Assembly (NCBI GenBank): GCA_038239145.1
Contig: JBBSFB010000002.1
Location: 4,456-68,455 of the forward strand
Source: Acidimicrobiia bacterium
Lineage (GTDB): Bacteria; Actinomycetota; Acidimicrobiia; IMCC26256; PALSA-610
Length of the DNA: 64,000 bases
Direction of reading: 5' to 3'
In this document: piece after piece, positions 35,407 through 44,614 of the stretch
Layout: every line of letters begins with the position of its first letter
How positions within the stretch are numbered: position 1 is the first letter of the stretch
Program-made: the position numbers and the translations under genes
Notes under the pieces: generated by a model
What the model was told of the DNA's origin: nothing
The model's database searches: none
What the model saw: only the letters and a program-made list of their open reading frames with translations

Positions 35407-37889
35407 GCCCCGAACTCCTGCTCGTCTCCCATTTCCACTGGGACCGCGAGTGGTATCGATCGTTCGAGGTGTTCCGCGGGCGGCTCGTCGACGCGATCGA
35501 CGCCGTGCTCGACCTGGTTGCGGCCGATCCCGGCTTCCGGTTCGTGCTCGACGGTCAGGCCATCGTCCTCGAGGACTACCTCTTGGTCCGACCCGACCGC
35601 CGCGACGAGATCGTCGCCGGGCTGCACGAGGGGCGGCTCGCGGCCGGGCCCTGGTATGTGCAACCCGACTCGCTGCTGCCGGCCGGCGAGACCCACGTGC
35701 GGAACCTGCTGCTCGGACGCCAGGTCGCCGGCGCGCTCGGACCGGTCTCCGCGGTCGGGTACGTCCCCGATTCGTTCGGCCATCCCGCCCAGCTGCCCCA
35801 GCTCCTCGCCGGCTTCGGGCTCGACCCGTTCGTGTACTGGCGCGGGAACGGCGCCGAGCTCGACGCCCTCGGCCCGATGTACCGGTGGTGCGCGCCCGAC
35901 GGCACGTCGGTGCGTGCGTGGCAGCTCCCCGAGGGCTACTTCGCCGCAGCCGGGCTCGACGCCGACCACGACCTTGCGACCACGATCGCCCGGCTCCGGC
36001 CGGTGATCGACCGCATTCTCGCCGCCGGCGGCGATCCGGTCCTGTTGATGAACGGCTTCGACCATCTCCCGGCCGACACCTCGACCGAGCACGTCGCCGC
36101 GCTCCTCGGCGCGGAGCGGGTGTTGCTCGACGATGCCGCGCAACACCTGCCCGACGCGTCCGCGCTCGTCCCCTGGGCGGGCGAGCTCATGGGTGCACGG
36201 ACCGCGAACCTCCTGCCGGGCGTGTGGTCGACCCGCATGCCGTTGAAGTTGCGCAACCGCGCGGTCGAATCGCTGCTCACCGATTGGGTCGAGCCGTGGT
36301 CGGCGTTCGCCCATACGTTCGGTATCACCGACGAGCGCCCCGCGCTCGAGGTCGCGTGGCGGTCATTGCTGCGCAATCAGGCGCACGACTCGATCTGCGG
36401 CTGCTCGATCGACCCGGTGCACGAGCGCATGGTCGCGCGCTACGACGACGCCGACGGACTCGGCACCGCGACGTTGCAACGCGTCCTCGAACGGCTCGCG
36501 GGGCGCAACCTGACCCGGGACACGCCGTGGCAGAACGAGCAGGACATCGTCGTGTTCAACGCGTCGGCGACCCCGCGCTCCGACGTGGTACGGGTTCCGC
36601 TCGAAGGCTTCCCGTCGTGGCGCGTCAGCGTCACCCGGTTCGACATGCACCCGTTCGCCATGCCCTCGTTCCAAGGCATGACCGTCGACGGGCGCCCGGC
36701 CCGGCTCGTGCACAGCGACGATCCGAACCGGGTGCGGTTCCTGCCCGGTATGGGTGGGCTCGACGTCGAGTTCGTCGCCACCGACGTTCCCGCGTTCGGC
36801 TGTCGCCGCTACGCGCTGGAGCCGGCGCCCGAGGTGCTCGACGAGGTGGATGAAGGCCGGGAGATCGAGGCCAGTGACGTGCGGGTCGCGGTCGCCGACG
36901 ACTCGACCCTTTCGGTCACCCTCGGCGACCGCACGTATCACGGTCTGTTCGGGGTCGAGGACGTCATCGACCGCGGCGACTCTTACGACTGCGATCCCGA
37001 CCCGGAGCGCGACCTCCGCGTGCGCTTCGTCACCGTGCAACGCACGCGCCACCCGTCGGGCGTGTCCCGCTTGAAGGTCGTGCGCGAGCTCGACCGCGTC
37101 GGCCCGCTCACCGTCGAGGTCTGTGTCGCGCCCGGCCTTCCCTTCGCTCGTTGCCAGGTGACGCTCGACAACCGGGAGACAGATCACCGGCTACGGCTGC
37201 GCTTTCCCACCGGCGCCCCGGTCGATCACTTCGACGCTGCGACCACGTGCGACACCGCGCACCGCGCGACCGCGCCGACCGACGACACCGGCTGGGTTCA
37301 TCCCGCACCGCGCACGTTCCCGCAACAAGGGTGGGTCGCCGCGAACGGCTTGGTCGTCGGCGCGCCCGGACTCCCCGAAGCCGAGGTCACGCCCGACGGT
37401 GAGGTGTTGGTGACGCTCGTGCGCAGCGTCGGAGTACTAGCGCGCATCGAGCTGCGGACCCGTCCGATGCCCGCGGGCCCGGAGATGCTCGTTCCGGGCG
37501 CGCAGACGCAGGGCCGGATCGCGGCGACGATCACGCTCGCCCGCAGCACGGCCGACGCCCGCGCCTCCGAGGTCGGGCTCCGCGGCGTGCTCGGCGGCGA
37601 GACCCCTGCGCTTGCGCCCGACGTCTCGCTGCTCACGATCGAGTCGGATCACTCGACGCTGTCGACGTGCAAGCCCGCGCAGGAGGCGAATCGCATGGTC
37701 GTGCGCGTCCTCAACCCGACCGACGAGCCCGACGACGTCATGCTGCACTTCGGTCTCGACGTGCAGCGGGCGCACCCCGTCGGACTCGACGAGGGCCCCG
37801 CCGACTTTTTCCTCACGCACAACGGCCGCGACGTGGGCTTCCACGTCCCGCCCCACGCCCTCCGCACTCTGCGCATCACCTTCGGCTGA
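35403..37889 (+). CDS. GH38 alpha-mannosidase (MngB/mannosylglycerate hydrolase-like)
   Basis: SHFHWDREWY, LDGQ, GPWYVQPD, PDSFGH, NQAHDSICGCSID. GTGA overlap with hydantoinase A. Confidence 0.9.
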   Translation: MSPELLLVSHFHWDREWYRSFEVFRGRLVDAIDAVLDLVAADPGFRFVLDGQAIVLEDYLLVRPDRRDEIVAGLHEGRLAAGPWYVQPDSLLPAGETHVRNLLLGRQVAGALGPVSAVGYVPDSFGHPAQLPQLLAGFGLDPFVYWRGNGAELDALGPMYRWCAPDGTSVRAWQLPEGYFAAAGLDADHDLATTIARLRPVIDRILAAGGDPVLLMNGFDHLPADTSTEHVAALLGAERVLLDDAAQHLPDASALVPWAGELMGARTANLLPGVWSTRMPLKLRNRAVESLLTDWVEPWSAFAHTFGITDERPALEVAWRSLLRNQAHDSICGCSIDPVHERMVARYDDADGLGTATLQRVLERLAGRNLTRDTPWQNEQDIVVFNASATPRSDVVRVPLEGFPSWRVSVTRFDMHPFAMPSFQGMTVDGRPARLVHSDDPNRVRFLPGMGGLDVEFVATDVPAFGCRRYALEPAPEVLDEVDEGREIEASDVRVAVADDSTLSVTLGDRTYHGLFGVEDVIDRGDSYDCDPDPERDLRVRFVTVQRTRHPSGVSRLKVVRELDRVGPLTVEVCVAPGLPFARCQVTLDNRETDHRLRLRFPTGAPVDHFDAATTCDTAHRATAPTDDTGWVHPAPRTFPQQGWVAANGLVVGAPGLPEAEVTPDGEVLVTLVRSVGVLARIELRTRPMPAGPEMLVPGAQTQGRIAATITLARSTADARASEVGLRGVLGGETPALAPDVSLLTIESDHSTLSTCKPAQEANRMVVRVLNPTDEPDDVMLHFGLDVQRAHPVGLDEGPADFFLTHNGRDVGFHVPPHALRTLRITFG

Positions 37890-37921
37890 CGTCCAGAACC
37901 CGAACCCCAACACAAGTTCCA

Positions 37922-37976
37922 CCAACAGTTGTCGGAGTAGACCGCACTATGTGCGGAACACTCCGACAACTGTTGG
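37922..37976. terminator. Long hairpin between convergent genes (bidirectional terminator or REP-like)
   Basis: 17-bp perfect inverted repeat CCAACAGTTGTCGGAGT...ACTCCGACAACTGTTGG enclosing CCGCAC-TAT-GTGCGG. Confidence 0.75.
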
Positions 37977-37992
37977 CGGAGTTCTTGGGGGG

Positions 37993-38814
37993 TCAGACCT
38001 TGCGGCGGTACATGCGGACGGCGAGGGGCGCCGAGATCGCGATGATGGCGATGCTCCACGCGATCGCGCCGAGCACCTTGCCCGTCGACGCGAACTGCCC
38101 GCCGTACGTCAGGGCGCGCACCGCGTCGATCACGATCGACACGGGCTGGTGATTGGCGAACCAACGCAACGGGCCCGGCATCGACGCGGCGGAGACGAAC
38201 GCGGTGGATGCGAAGACGAGCGGCGCGAGGATCGGGAACGACGCGGCCTGGGCCGCCTCCGCACTCGACGCCGAGAGCCCCACCAGCGCGAACACCCACG
38301 ACAGCGCGTGCGCGAAGAGCAGCATCATGGCAATGCCGCCGATCAGACCGAACACGCTCGTGTGGATGCGCCATCCGACGATGAACCCGACGCACACCAT
38401 GAGCCCGACCACGAACACGTTCCGCACAAGGTCGGCGAGCGTGCGCCCGGCCAACACCGCGGATCGCGCCATGGGCAACGACTGGAACCGTTCGATCAGA
38501 CCCTTCTGCAGGTCTTCGGCGAGCGCCACCCCGGTCTGGATCGATCCGAACACTACGGTCTGCGCGAACACGCCGGGCATGAGGTAGTCGACGTAGTGGT
38601 CGACGCCCGGGATCCGGATCGCGCCGCCGAACACGTACCGGAACATCAACACGAAGATGATGGGCTGGATCGTGGAGAACACGAGCACCTGCGGGGTGCG
38701 CTTCATCGCCACGAGGTTGCGCCAGGTGACGGTCATCGCGTCCTGGACCGCCCAGCTGAACGCGCTGTGCTTCTCGCGTTCGATCGTCGCCGGAATGGCA
38801 ATCGTGGCGGTCAT
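37993..38814 (-). CDS. ABC-2 type exporter permease (DrrB-like)
   Basis: Six TM segments, YVFGGAI, ERFQSLPMAR, FANHQP. Confidence 0.9.
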   Translation of the reverse strand: MTATIAIPATIEREKHSAFSWAVQDAMTVTWRNLVAMKRTPQVLVFSTIQPIIFVLMFRYVFGGAIRIPGVDHYVDYLMPGVFAQTVVFGSIQTGVALAEDLQKGLIERFQSLPMARSAVLAGRTLADLVRNVFVVGLMVCVGFIVGWRIHTSVFGLIGGIAMMLLFAHALSWVFALVGLSASSAEAAQAASFPILAPLVFASTAFVSAASMPGPLRWFANHQPVSIVIDAVRALTYGGQFASTGKVLGAIAWSIAIIAISAPLAVRMYRRKV

Positions 38815-39806
38815 GCTGCACCTCGGGTCCGCTTGCGGCCGGCTTCGGCCTGTTCTTGCTCGGCAACTTCCTCTTCGGCCTTGTGGCCGGTGAGCGACAA
38901 GAACACGTCGTCGAGCGTGGGCTCGCGGACGTTCAGCGTCTCCGGCTCGAGGTGCGCGTGGTCGAGCGCGCGCACGACGTCGAGCACGACTCTGGCGCCG
39001 GCGTCGACCTTCAGCTCAACCAACGTCGACGCAGTCCCGACGTCGCACAGACCGATGCGGGCCAGCTCGGCCTGCGCCCGCTTCGCCGTCGCCGGGTCGG
39101 CGAACCCGACCTCGACAATCGTGGCGCCCATCGTCGCTTTCAATTCCGGTGCAGTGCCTTGGGCGATGACGCGACCGTGATCGATCACGACGATGTTGTC
39201 GGCGAGGCGATCGGCCTCTTCCAGGTACTGGGTGGTGAGCAACAGCGTGGTGCCTTCTCGCACGAGGTCTTCGATCACGCCCCACAGGTCCTGACGACCG
39301 CTCGGGTCGAGACCCGTCGTCGGCTCGTCGAGGAACAACACCGGCGGCCGGTGGACGAGCGCGGCCGCGAGGTCGAGCCGGCGCCGCATACCCCCCGAGT
39401 ACGTGCGCACCGGGCGGTCGGCGGCGTCGGCCAGGCTGAAGCGTTCGAGCAACTCCCCCGCCCGCGTCAGCACGACCGACTTCGACAGGTGCGAGAGCCG
39501 GCCGATCATGCGCAGGTTCTCGTGACCGGTGAGGTTCTCGTCGACCGCGGCGTACTGCCCGGCGAGTCCTATGCGTTCCCGCACCGCTTGCGCGTTGCGG
39601 GTGACGTCGAGACCGAGCACCTCGGCCCGGCCCGAGTCGGGGCGCAAGATGGTGGTGAGCACCCGCACCGCCGTGGTCTTGCCCGCGCCGTTGGGCCCGA
39701 GCAGACCGAGCACGGTGCCGGTCGGGACCGAGAAACCGACCCCGTCGAGGGCGACGACCGAACCGAAACGCTTCTGGAGGTTTTCGACGATGATGGCGTC
39801 CGTCAT
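38811..39806 (-). CDS. ABC exporter ATP-binding protein (DrrA-like)
   Basis: GPNGAGKT, YSGGMRRR, LDEPTTGLDP, PTLDDVFLSLTG. Confidence 0.92.
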   Translation of the reverse strand: MTDAIIVENLQKRFGSVVALDGVGFSVPTGTVLGLLGPNGAGKTTAVRVLTTILRPDSGRAEVLGLDVTRNAQAVRERIGLAGQYAAVDENLTGHENLRMIGRLSHLSKSVVLTRAGELLERFSLADAADRPVRTYSGGMRRRLDLAAALVHRPPVLFLDEPTTGLDPSGRQDLWGVIEDLVREGTTLLLTTQYLEEADRLADNIVVIDHGRVIAQGTAPELKATMGATIVEVGFADPATAKRAQAELARIGLCDVGTASTLVELKVDAGARVVLDVVRALDHAHLEPETLNVREPTLDDVFLSLTGHKAEEEVAEQEQAEAGRKRTRGAA

Positions 39807-39825
39807 GGCTCCACACTTGCACATT

Positions 39826-39899
39826 TGCTTGAACAGTGTCAAGTATTTAGCTCATCAACCTTCGATGTACTTGAAACATCTGAGCAACACCCGTACGAT
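39826..39899. promoter_or_regulatory. Divergent MarR/ABC promoters with palindrome CTTGA-N6-TCAAG
   Basis: Palindrome 39828-39843 overlaps minus-strand TTGACA (39837-39842). Plus strand TTGAAA(39871)-N17-TACGAT-N6-GTG. Confidence 0.7.
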
Positions 39900-39905
39900 C
39901 GGGTG

Positions 39906-40370
39906 GTGACCACCGAAGCGGTTTCGAGCGAGCCGACCCGAGGCTGTGACCCGGCCGACGAGGTGTGGCGCCTGCTCACGAACGTGATGATGGTTCGCAA
40001 GGAGGAGTTCCCCGCCCTCGCAGCCTCCGTCGGCCTCAACCCCGGCGCGATGCACGCGCTCCTCCAGCTCGACCCGGACGAGCCGCAGTCGATGAGCTCC
40101 CTGGCCGGGGCGTGGAAGTGCGATGCGTCGAACGTGACCTGGCTGGTCGACCGGCTCGAGGAGCACGGGTTGGCCGAGCGCCGGGCCCACCCCGGTGACC
40201 GCCGGATCCGCACCGTCGCGCTCACGGCCAAGGGCGCCGAGGTGCGCGCGCAGGTCGAGGCCCGCATCTACGAAGCGCCGGAGATGCTCCGATCGCTTAG
40301 TGCCAAAGACCTCGAGGTGCTCGCGAAGATCCTCCGCAAGCTCGGGCCCGCGACCCCCCCGCGCCACTAG
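39906..40370 (+). CDS. MarR family transcriptional regulator
   Basis: CDASNVTWLVDRLEEHGL, DRR..VALT.KG. Divergent from the ABC exporter. Confidence 0.9.
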   Translation: MTTEAVSSEPTRGCDPADEVWRLLTNVMMVRKEEFPALAASVGLNPGAMHALLQLDPDEPQSMSSLAGAWKCDASNVTWLVDRLEEHGLAERRAHPGDRRIRTVALTAKGAEVRAQVEARIYEAPEMLRSLSAKDLEVLAKILRKLGPATPPRH

Positions 40371-40936
40371 TGCCGCGCTTCCTCTCCGACCACGAATACG
40401 GCGTCGTGGCGGCCGCGGCCGACCTGCTCATCCCACCCCTCGACGGGCACCCGGGCGGTTCGGTGCTCGGCGTCGCCGACTACATCGACAACCTGCTCGG
40501 CGCGTTCACGTTCGACCCGCCGTTGATCTTCGCAGGGGGGCCGTTCAGTGGACGCTTCGGCGGCGAAGCGTCGTTCTCGGAGTTCATGACCCTGTCGCCG
40601 CACGAAGAGCTCGCGTGGCGCACGCGCGTCGAAGGCTCACTCGGCGTCTCGGAACGCGAGTTCAACGGGCCCCGACGCGGTTGGCAGGAGATCTACCGCG
40701 ACGGCATCGCTGCACTCGGTGACGACTTTTGCCGCGTCGACGCCGACGAGCAGCAACGGCGCCTCGACGGGCAGGGCGAGCTTCTCGCAGAGTTGTACAT
40801 GCACGCGTGCGAAGGTGCGTACGGCGCGCCCGAGTACGGCGGCAACCACGACCTCGCCGGTTGGCGCGCCATCGAATGGGAAGGCGACGTGCAGCCGCGT
40901 GGCTACACCGACGAAGAGGTCAGCGGGCGTGACTGA
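40370..40936 (+). CDS. Gluconate 2-dehydrogenase subunit 3 family protein
   Basis: LIPP..GVADYID, EGAYGAPEYGGN..GW motifs. Precedes a GMC flavoprotein. Confidence 0.8.
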   Translation: MPRFLSDHEYGVVAAAADLLIPPLDGHPGGSVLGVADYIDNLLGAFTFDPPLIFAGGPFSGRFGGEASFSEFMTLSPHEELAWRTRVEGSLGVSEREFNGPRRGWQEIYRDGIAALGDDFCRVDADEQQRRLDGQGELLAELYMHACEGAYGAPEYGGNHDLAGWRAIEWEGDVQPRGYTDEEVSGRD

Positions 40937-42629
40937 GAACCTCGACTGCGACGCGGTCGTGATCGGCACCGGGCCCGCGGGCGCGACCGCAGCCGACGTG
41001 TTGACGAGCGCAGGATGGTCGGTAGTGATGCTCGAGAAGGGCCGCAACCACCTGCTCTCGCTCGAGGCGCCGTTCGCACCGCTCGGCCACGTGTCGAACG
41101 ACGAAATCAAGTTCAGCCGCCGGCACTTTCTCGGCCCGGATCCGCTCCTCGAACCCCGCAGCTATCGCCGCGACGAGGCCGACGGCGACCGCTTGTTCGC
41201 GGGCGACGTCAACAACCTGCCGTCGACCGTCGGGGGCGGCGGCTTCCACGCCGACGGCAAGCTCCCCCGCTTCCGCTCCGTCGACTTCAAGGCCCTCTCC
41301 GAGCTCGGCCCGATCGACGGCGCCGACATCGTCGACTGGCCCGTCGACTACGACGAGATGGAGCCGTACTACGCCGAAGCCGAACGCCTCATCGGCGTGG
41401 CCGGCGACGCCGAGGCGAATCCGTTCGCGGAATGGCGCAGTGGTCCGTACCCCATGCCGCCCGGCGCCGACATGTTCGGCGCAGTGCTCACCACCGAGGC
41501 CGCCACGCGGCTCGGCTATCACCCGTACCGCGCGCCGACTGGTGTCAACTCGGTGCCGTACGACGGTCGGCCCGCGTGCAACAACTGCGGATTCTGCGCG
41601 TTCTACGGATGCCCGATCGAAGCCAAAGGTGATCCGGTCGCGCCGTTGCGCAACGCGCTCCGTACCGGCCGCTGCGACATCCGCGTCGACTCGTACGTCG
41701 AGCGCGTGCTGCTGGACGCGACCGGCAAACAGGCGCGCGGCGTGCGGTACATCGACATCGACGGCAACGTGCACGAGGTGACGGCGCGCGTCGTAGTGGT
41801 GGCCGGCGGAGCGTGGGAGACGCCCCGACTGCTGTTGCGCTCCGAGATCGCGAACTCTTCCGGCCTGATCGGCCGCTACCTGATGTACCACTTCCAGACG
41901 TTCGTGATCGGCCAGTTCCCGTTCCGGCTTCACGGTCATCGCGGCCGTTCCGTCACCCATCTCCACGACGACCACATGATCGTCGACGACGACATGCTCG
42001 CGTTCGCACGCGAGCACGGGCTCCCCTATTTCCGCGGCGGGCTCACCGAGCACGGCGGCGGCGGGAGTCCGGTCATGGAGGGCATCTACACGACGCCCGG
42101 CGTCGCGCACTCGCGCGAGATGCTCGACTCCAAGTTGCGCGACCGCCTCTGGGCGTTCACGGTGCAAGGTGAAGACCTCCCCCAGATCACGAACCGGATC
42201 GACCTCGATCCGACGGTACGAGACGTCTACGGCTTCGCGGCCGGTCGGGCCACGTACGACGTGCACCGGCACGAGGTCGTGGCCTCGCGCTACATGACCC
42301 CCCGCTTGCAGAACATCATGCGGGAGGCGGGCGCGGAGTCGACGTTCGCGGCGTCGTCGCCTCCGCTCGAAGGTGTCCGGGCCGGGACCCGGAGCGCGTC
42401 GATGTCGCGGCACATCATGGGAACGTGCCGGATGGGCGACGACCCGACAACGAGCGTCGTCGACCGCTGGCAGCGCTTTCACGACGTCGAGAACATGGTC
42501 TGTACTGACTCGTCGGTGTTCCCGACCTCGACCGGCTACGGCCCCACGCTGACGATCGTCGCGCTCGCGATCCGGGCCTGCCGCGAGCTGGCCGCACTGC
42601 CGAAGCTCACGAGCACCCCGACCCGCTAA
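40929..42629 (+). CDS. GMC family oxidoreductase with Fe-S Cys motif
   Basis: IGTGPAG FAD motif, WPVDY, CNNCGFCAFYGC, HIMGTCRMG, PTLTI.A. Confidence 0.9.
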   Translation: MTENLDCDAVVIGTGPAGATAADVLTSAGWSVVMLEKGRNHLLSLEAPFAPLGHVSNDEIKFSRRHFLGPDPLLEPRSYRRDEADGDRLFAGDVNNLPSTVGGGGFHADGKLPRFRSVDFKALSELGPIDGADIVDWPVDYDEMEPYYAEAERLIGVAGDAEANPFAEWRSGPYPMPPGADMFGAVLTTEAATRLGYHPYRAPTGVNSVPYDGRPACNNCGFCAFYGCPIEAKGDPVAPLRNALRTGRCDIRVDSYVERVLLDATGKQARGVRYIDIDGNVHEVTARVVVVAGGAWETPRLLLRSEIANSSGLIGRYLMYHFQTFVIGQFPFRLHGHRGRSVTHLHDDHMIVDDDMLAFAREHGLPYFRGGLTEHGGGGSPVMEGIYTTPGVAHSREMLDSKLRDRLWAFTVQGEDLPQITNRIDLDPTVRDVYGFAAGRATYDVHRHEVVASRYMTPRLQNIMREAGAESTFAASSPPLEGVRAGTRSASMSRHIMGTCRMGDDPTTSVVDRWQRFHDVENMVCTDSSVFPTSTGYGPTLTIVALAIRACRELAALPKLTSTPTR

Positions 42630-42655
42630 TCAGGACTCCTTAGTAGGCTGGCGGT

Positions 42656-43186
42656 ATGGATATCGCCATGCTCTCCGACACTTCGCTCTCCGACGCCACC
42701 GGCACCAAGCACCGGCTCGGCGACCTCTGGAACGACCAGCCGGTCGTGCTCGTGTTCCTCCGCCATTTCGGTTGCCTCCACTGCCGTGAGCACGCGGTGC
42801 AGCTCCGTGATCGCTACGACGACATCAAAGCGGCGGGCGGTGACATCGTCGCGGTCGGCACCGGCGACCAGCGCTACGCAGAGGCGTTCGCGCGCGACGA
42901 GCAGATCCCCTTCCTCGTATTGGTCGACGACGACGCCGTCGCGGCGCACGCGGCGTCGATCAAGACACTCAACTGGTACCAGCTCCTCCACCCGCGCACT
43001 TGGAAGGCCACGTGGCACGCCTCGCGGCGGGGGCACCACGTGCACAAGCCCGGTATGCGCGTGAAGCAGATCGGCGCGACGTTCGTCATCGGCGCCGGCG
43101 ACACGGTGCGCTACGAGCACATGGACTCCGACAGCACCGATCACGCCGGCATCGACCAGCTCGTCGCCGCCCTGCGCACCGCCTGA
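42656..43186 (+). CDS. Peroxiredoxin-like AhpC/TSA-2 (SelL/PRXL2-related) protein
   Basis: VLVFLRHFGCLHCRE CxxC motif, QIGATFV. Confidence 0.8.
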   Translation: MDIAMLSDTSLSDATGTKHRLGDLWNDQPVVLVFLRHFGCLHCREHAVQLRDRYDDIKAAGGDIVAVGTGDQRYAEAFARDEQIPFLVLVDDDAVAAHAASIKTLNWYQLLHPRTWKATWHASRRGHHVHKPGMRVKQIGATFVIGAGDTVRYEHMDSDSTDHAGIDQLVAALRTA

Positions 43187-43234
43187 CGCGACTGCGGTCG
43201 GGAAGGCGGCGCACTCATCTGCGAGAATCGACGG

Positions 43235-43951
43235 ATGGTGAAGGCCGTCATCTTCGACTTCTACAACACCCTCGCGGAGACCACGAACTTCGGTCCGTCG
43301 TGGGAGGAGCTCATCAACGAGCTCGGCTATTCGCTGCCCCCCGACATCCGGGAACGCTGGTGGAACGACGGGATCGACGGCACCGAGCACGACGAGCACT
43401 CCGTCTCCCGCGATCACTACGTCGCCTGGCAGCAGTCCCGAGTGCGCTCGATGCTGACCGAGTGCGGCGTTCCGGACTCCGCTCACGACGAGTTCATCGT
43501 CCGGGTCCGTGAGATCGGCGCCCACAATCGCATCGACGCGTACGAAGAGGTCTCGGGCGTTCTCGCCGGTTTACGCGAGCGCCGTGTCGCCCTCGCGATC
43601 TGCTCGAACTGGGACTGGGACCTGCACGAAGCGATCGAATCGGCCGGCCTCACCGGCGCCGTCGACCTCGTGGTGTCGTCCGCGTGGATCGGCGCCCGCA
43701 AGTCGCACCCGCGCATCTACACGCACACCTTGGACGAGCTCGGCATCTCGCCGCAAGACGCGCTCTTCGTCGGCGACACGTGGACGTGCGACGTCGGCGG
43801 TCCCCGCGCCGCGGGCATGGAAGCGATCTATCTCCGCCGCGCCCATCTCGGCGTCGACCAGACCGCGCCCGAGCCCGAGCGCAGACCCCGCGCCGTGCAG
43901 CACGCACTCGACCTGGGTGCGCTCGAAACCCACCCCGCGCTTCAGCCGTAG
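43235..43951 (+). CDS. HAD-superfamily hydrolase
   Basis: FDFYNTL, CSNWD, RKSHPRI, FVGDTW.CDV.G. Confidence 0.88.
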   Translation: MVKAVIFDFYNTLAETTNFGPSWEELINELGYSLPPDIRERWWNDGIDGTEHDEHSVSRDHYVAWQQSRVRSMLTECGVPDSAHDEFIVRVREIGAHNRIDAYEEVSGVLAGLRERRVALAICSNWDWDLHEAIESAGLTGAVDLVVSSAWIGARKSHPRIYTHTLDELGISPQDALFVGDTWTCDVGGPRAAGMEAIYLRRAHLGVDQTAPEPERRPRAVQHALDLGALETHPALQP

Positions 43952-44595
43952 AAGCGGTCGATCGCGGCGTCGATGTCGGCGCGCGTCGCGAGGAACAGTC
44001 GCATCGGCGCGCCCAGCAGCGCCATGAGCTCGGCGACACCGCTGTCGTCCGTCGGTTCTGCGACCGCGACCTCGATCAGTCCGTCGACGCTCCGCAAAGG
44101 CAGCGCGACCCGGCGCCGGGCGTCGGCTTTCGTCAGCCGCGCGAGCACCGTCGGGTCGCGGTCGACCCGGCTCAGATCGACGACCTGCATCCGGAGCTGC
44201 TCGGCCAGGAGCTCGACCAGATCCCGGTCGGTGATCAGGCCCAGGTCGACCAGGATCCGCCCGATCGGATCCGAGCTACCCGCCTGGCGCGCCAACGCAT
44301 AGTTCAGCTCCGTCTCGACGATGTACCCGCGGGTGACGAGGAGGTTCCCGAGGAGACGACCCGAGTGCCGAACCCCGACGACGCCTCCGACCACCGGGCC
44401 CGGCGGGGGCCCGGTCGTGGGGACGGGTTTCGCGCGCCGGCCCTCGACCAGCGCCGCGAGTCGCTCGGCAACGAGACTGGCCTCTTCCTGGCGGGTCGGG
44501 ACCGTCGGGAGGTCCCCGGCGCCGCGTGGGGATGCCCGGGCGCAATCAGGGTCGGTTTCGCCCTCCGGGGCCCGATTGCTCCGCACGCGACGCAT
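43942..44595 (-). CDS. Stand-alone MshEN / GspE-PilB N-terminal domain protein (no ATPase)
   Basis: RLLGNLLVTRGYI..ELNYALARQ and PIGRILVDLGLI..LVELLAEQ, then ALPL..VAVAEP.D..IDRFYG stop. GGGGA RBS before ATG 44595. Confidence 0.8.
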   Translation of the reverse strand: MRRVRSNRAPEGETDPDCARASPRGAGDLPTVPTRQEEASLVAERLAALVEGRRAKPVPTTGPPPGPVVGGVVGVRHSGRLLGNLLVTRGYIVETELNYALARQAGSSDPIGRILVDLGLITDRDLVELLAEQLRMQVVDLSRVDRDPTVLARLTKADARRRVALPLRSVDGLIEVAVAEPTDDSGVAELMALLGAPMRLFLATRADIDAAIDRFYG

Positions 44596-44614
44596 CCTTG
44601 GTTGTCCCCTGGAT

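Noticed and set aside
37993-39806. DrrAB as a sign of an antibiotic biosynthetic cluster
   Set aside because: No PKS, NRPS or RiPP genes nearby. MarR-linked DrrAB-like exporters are common.
42656-43186. Selenoprotein (SelL-like) recoding
   Set aside because: Both CxxC positions are TGC codons; there is no in-frame TGA.
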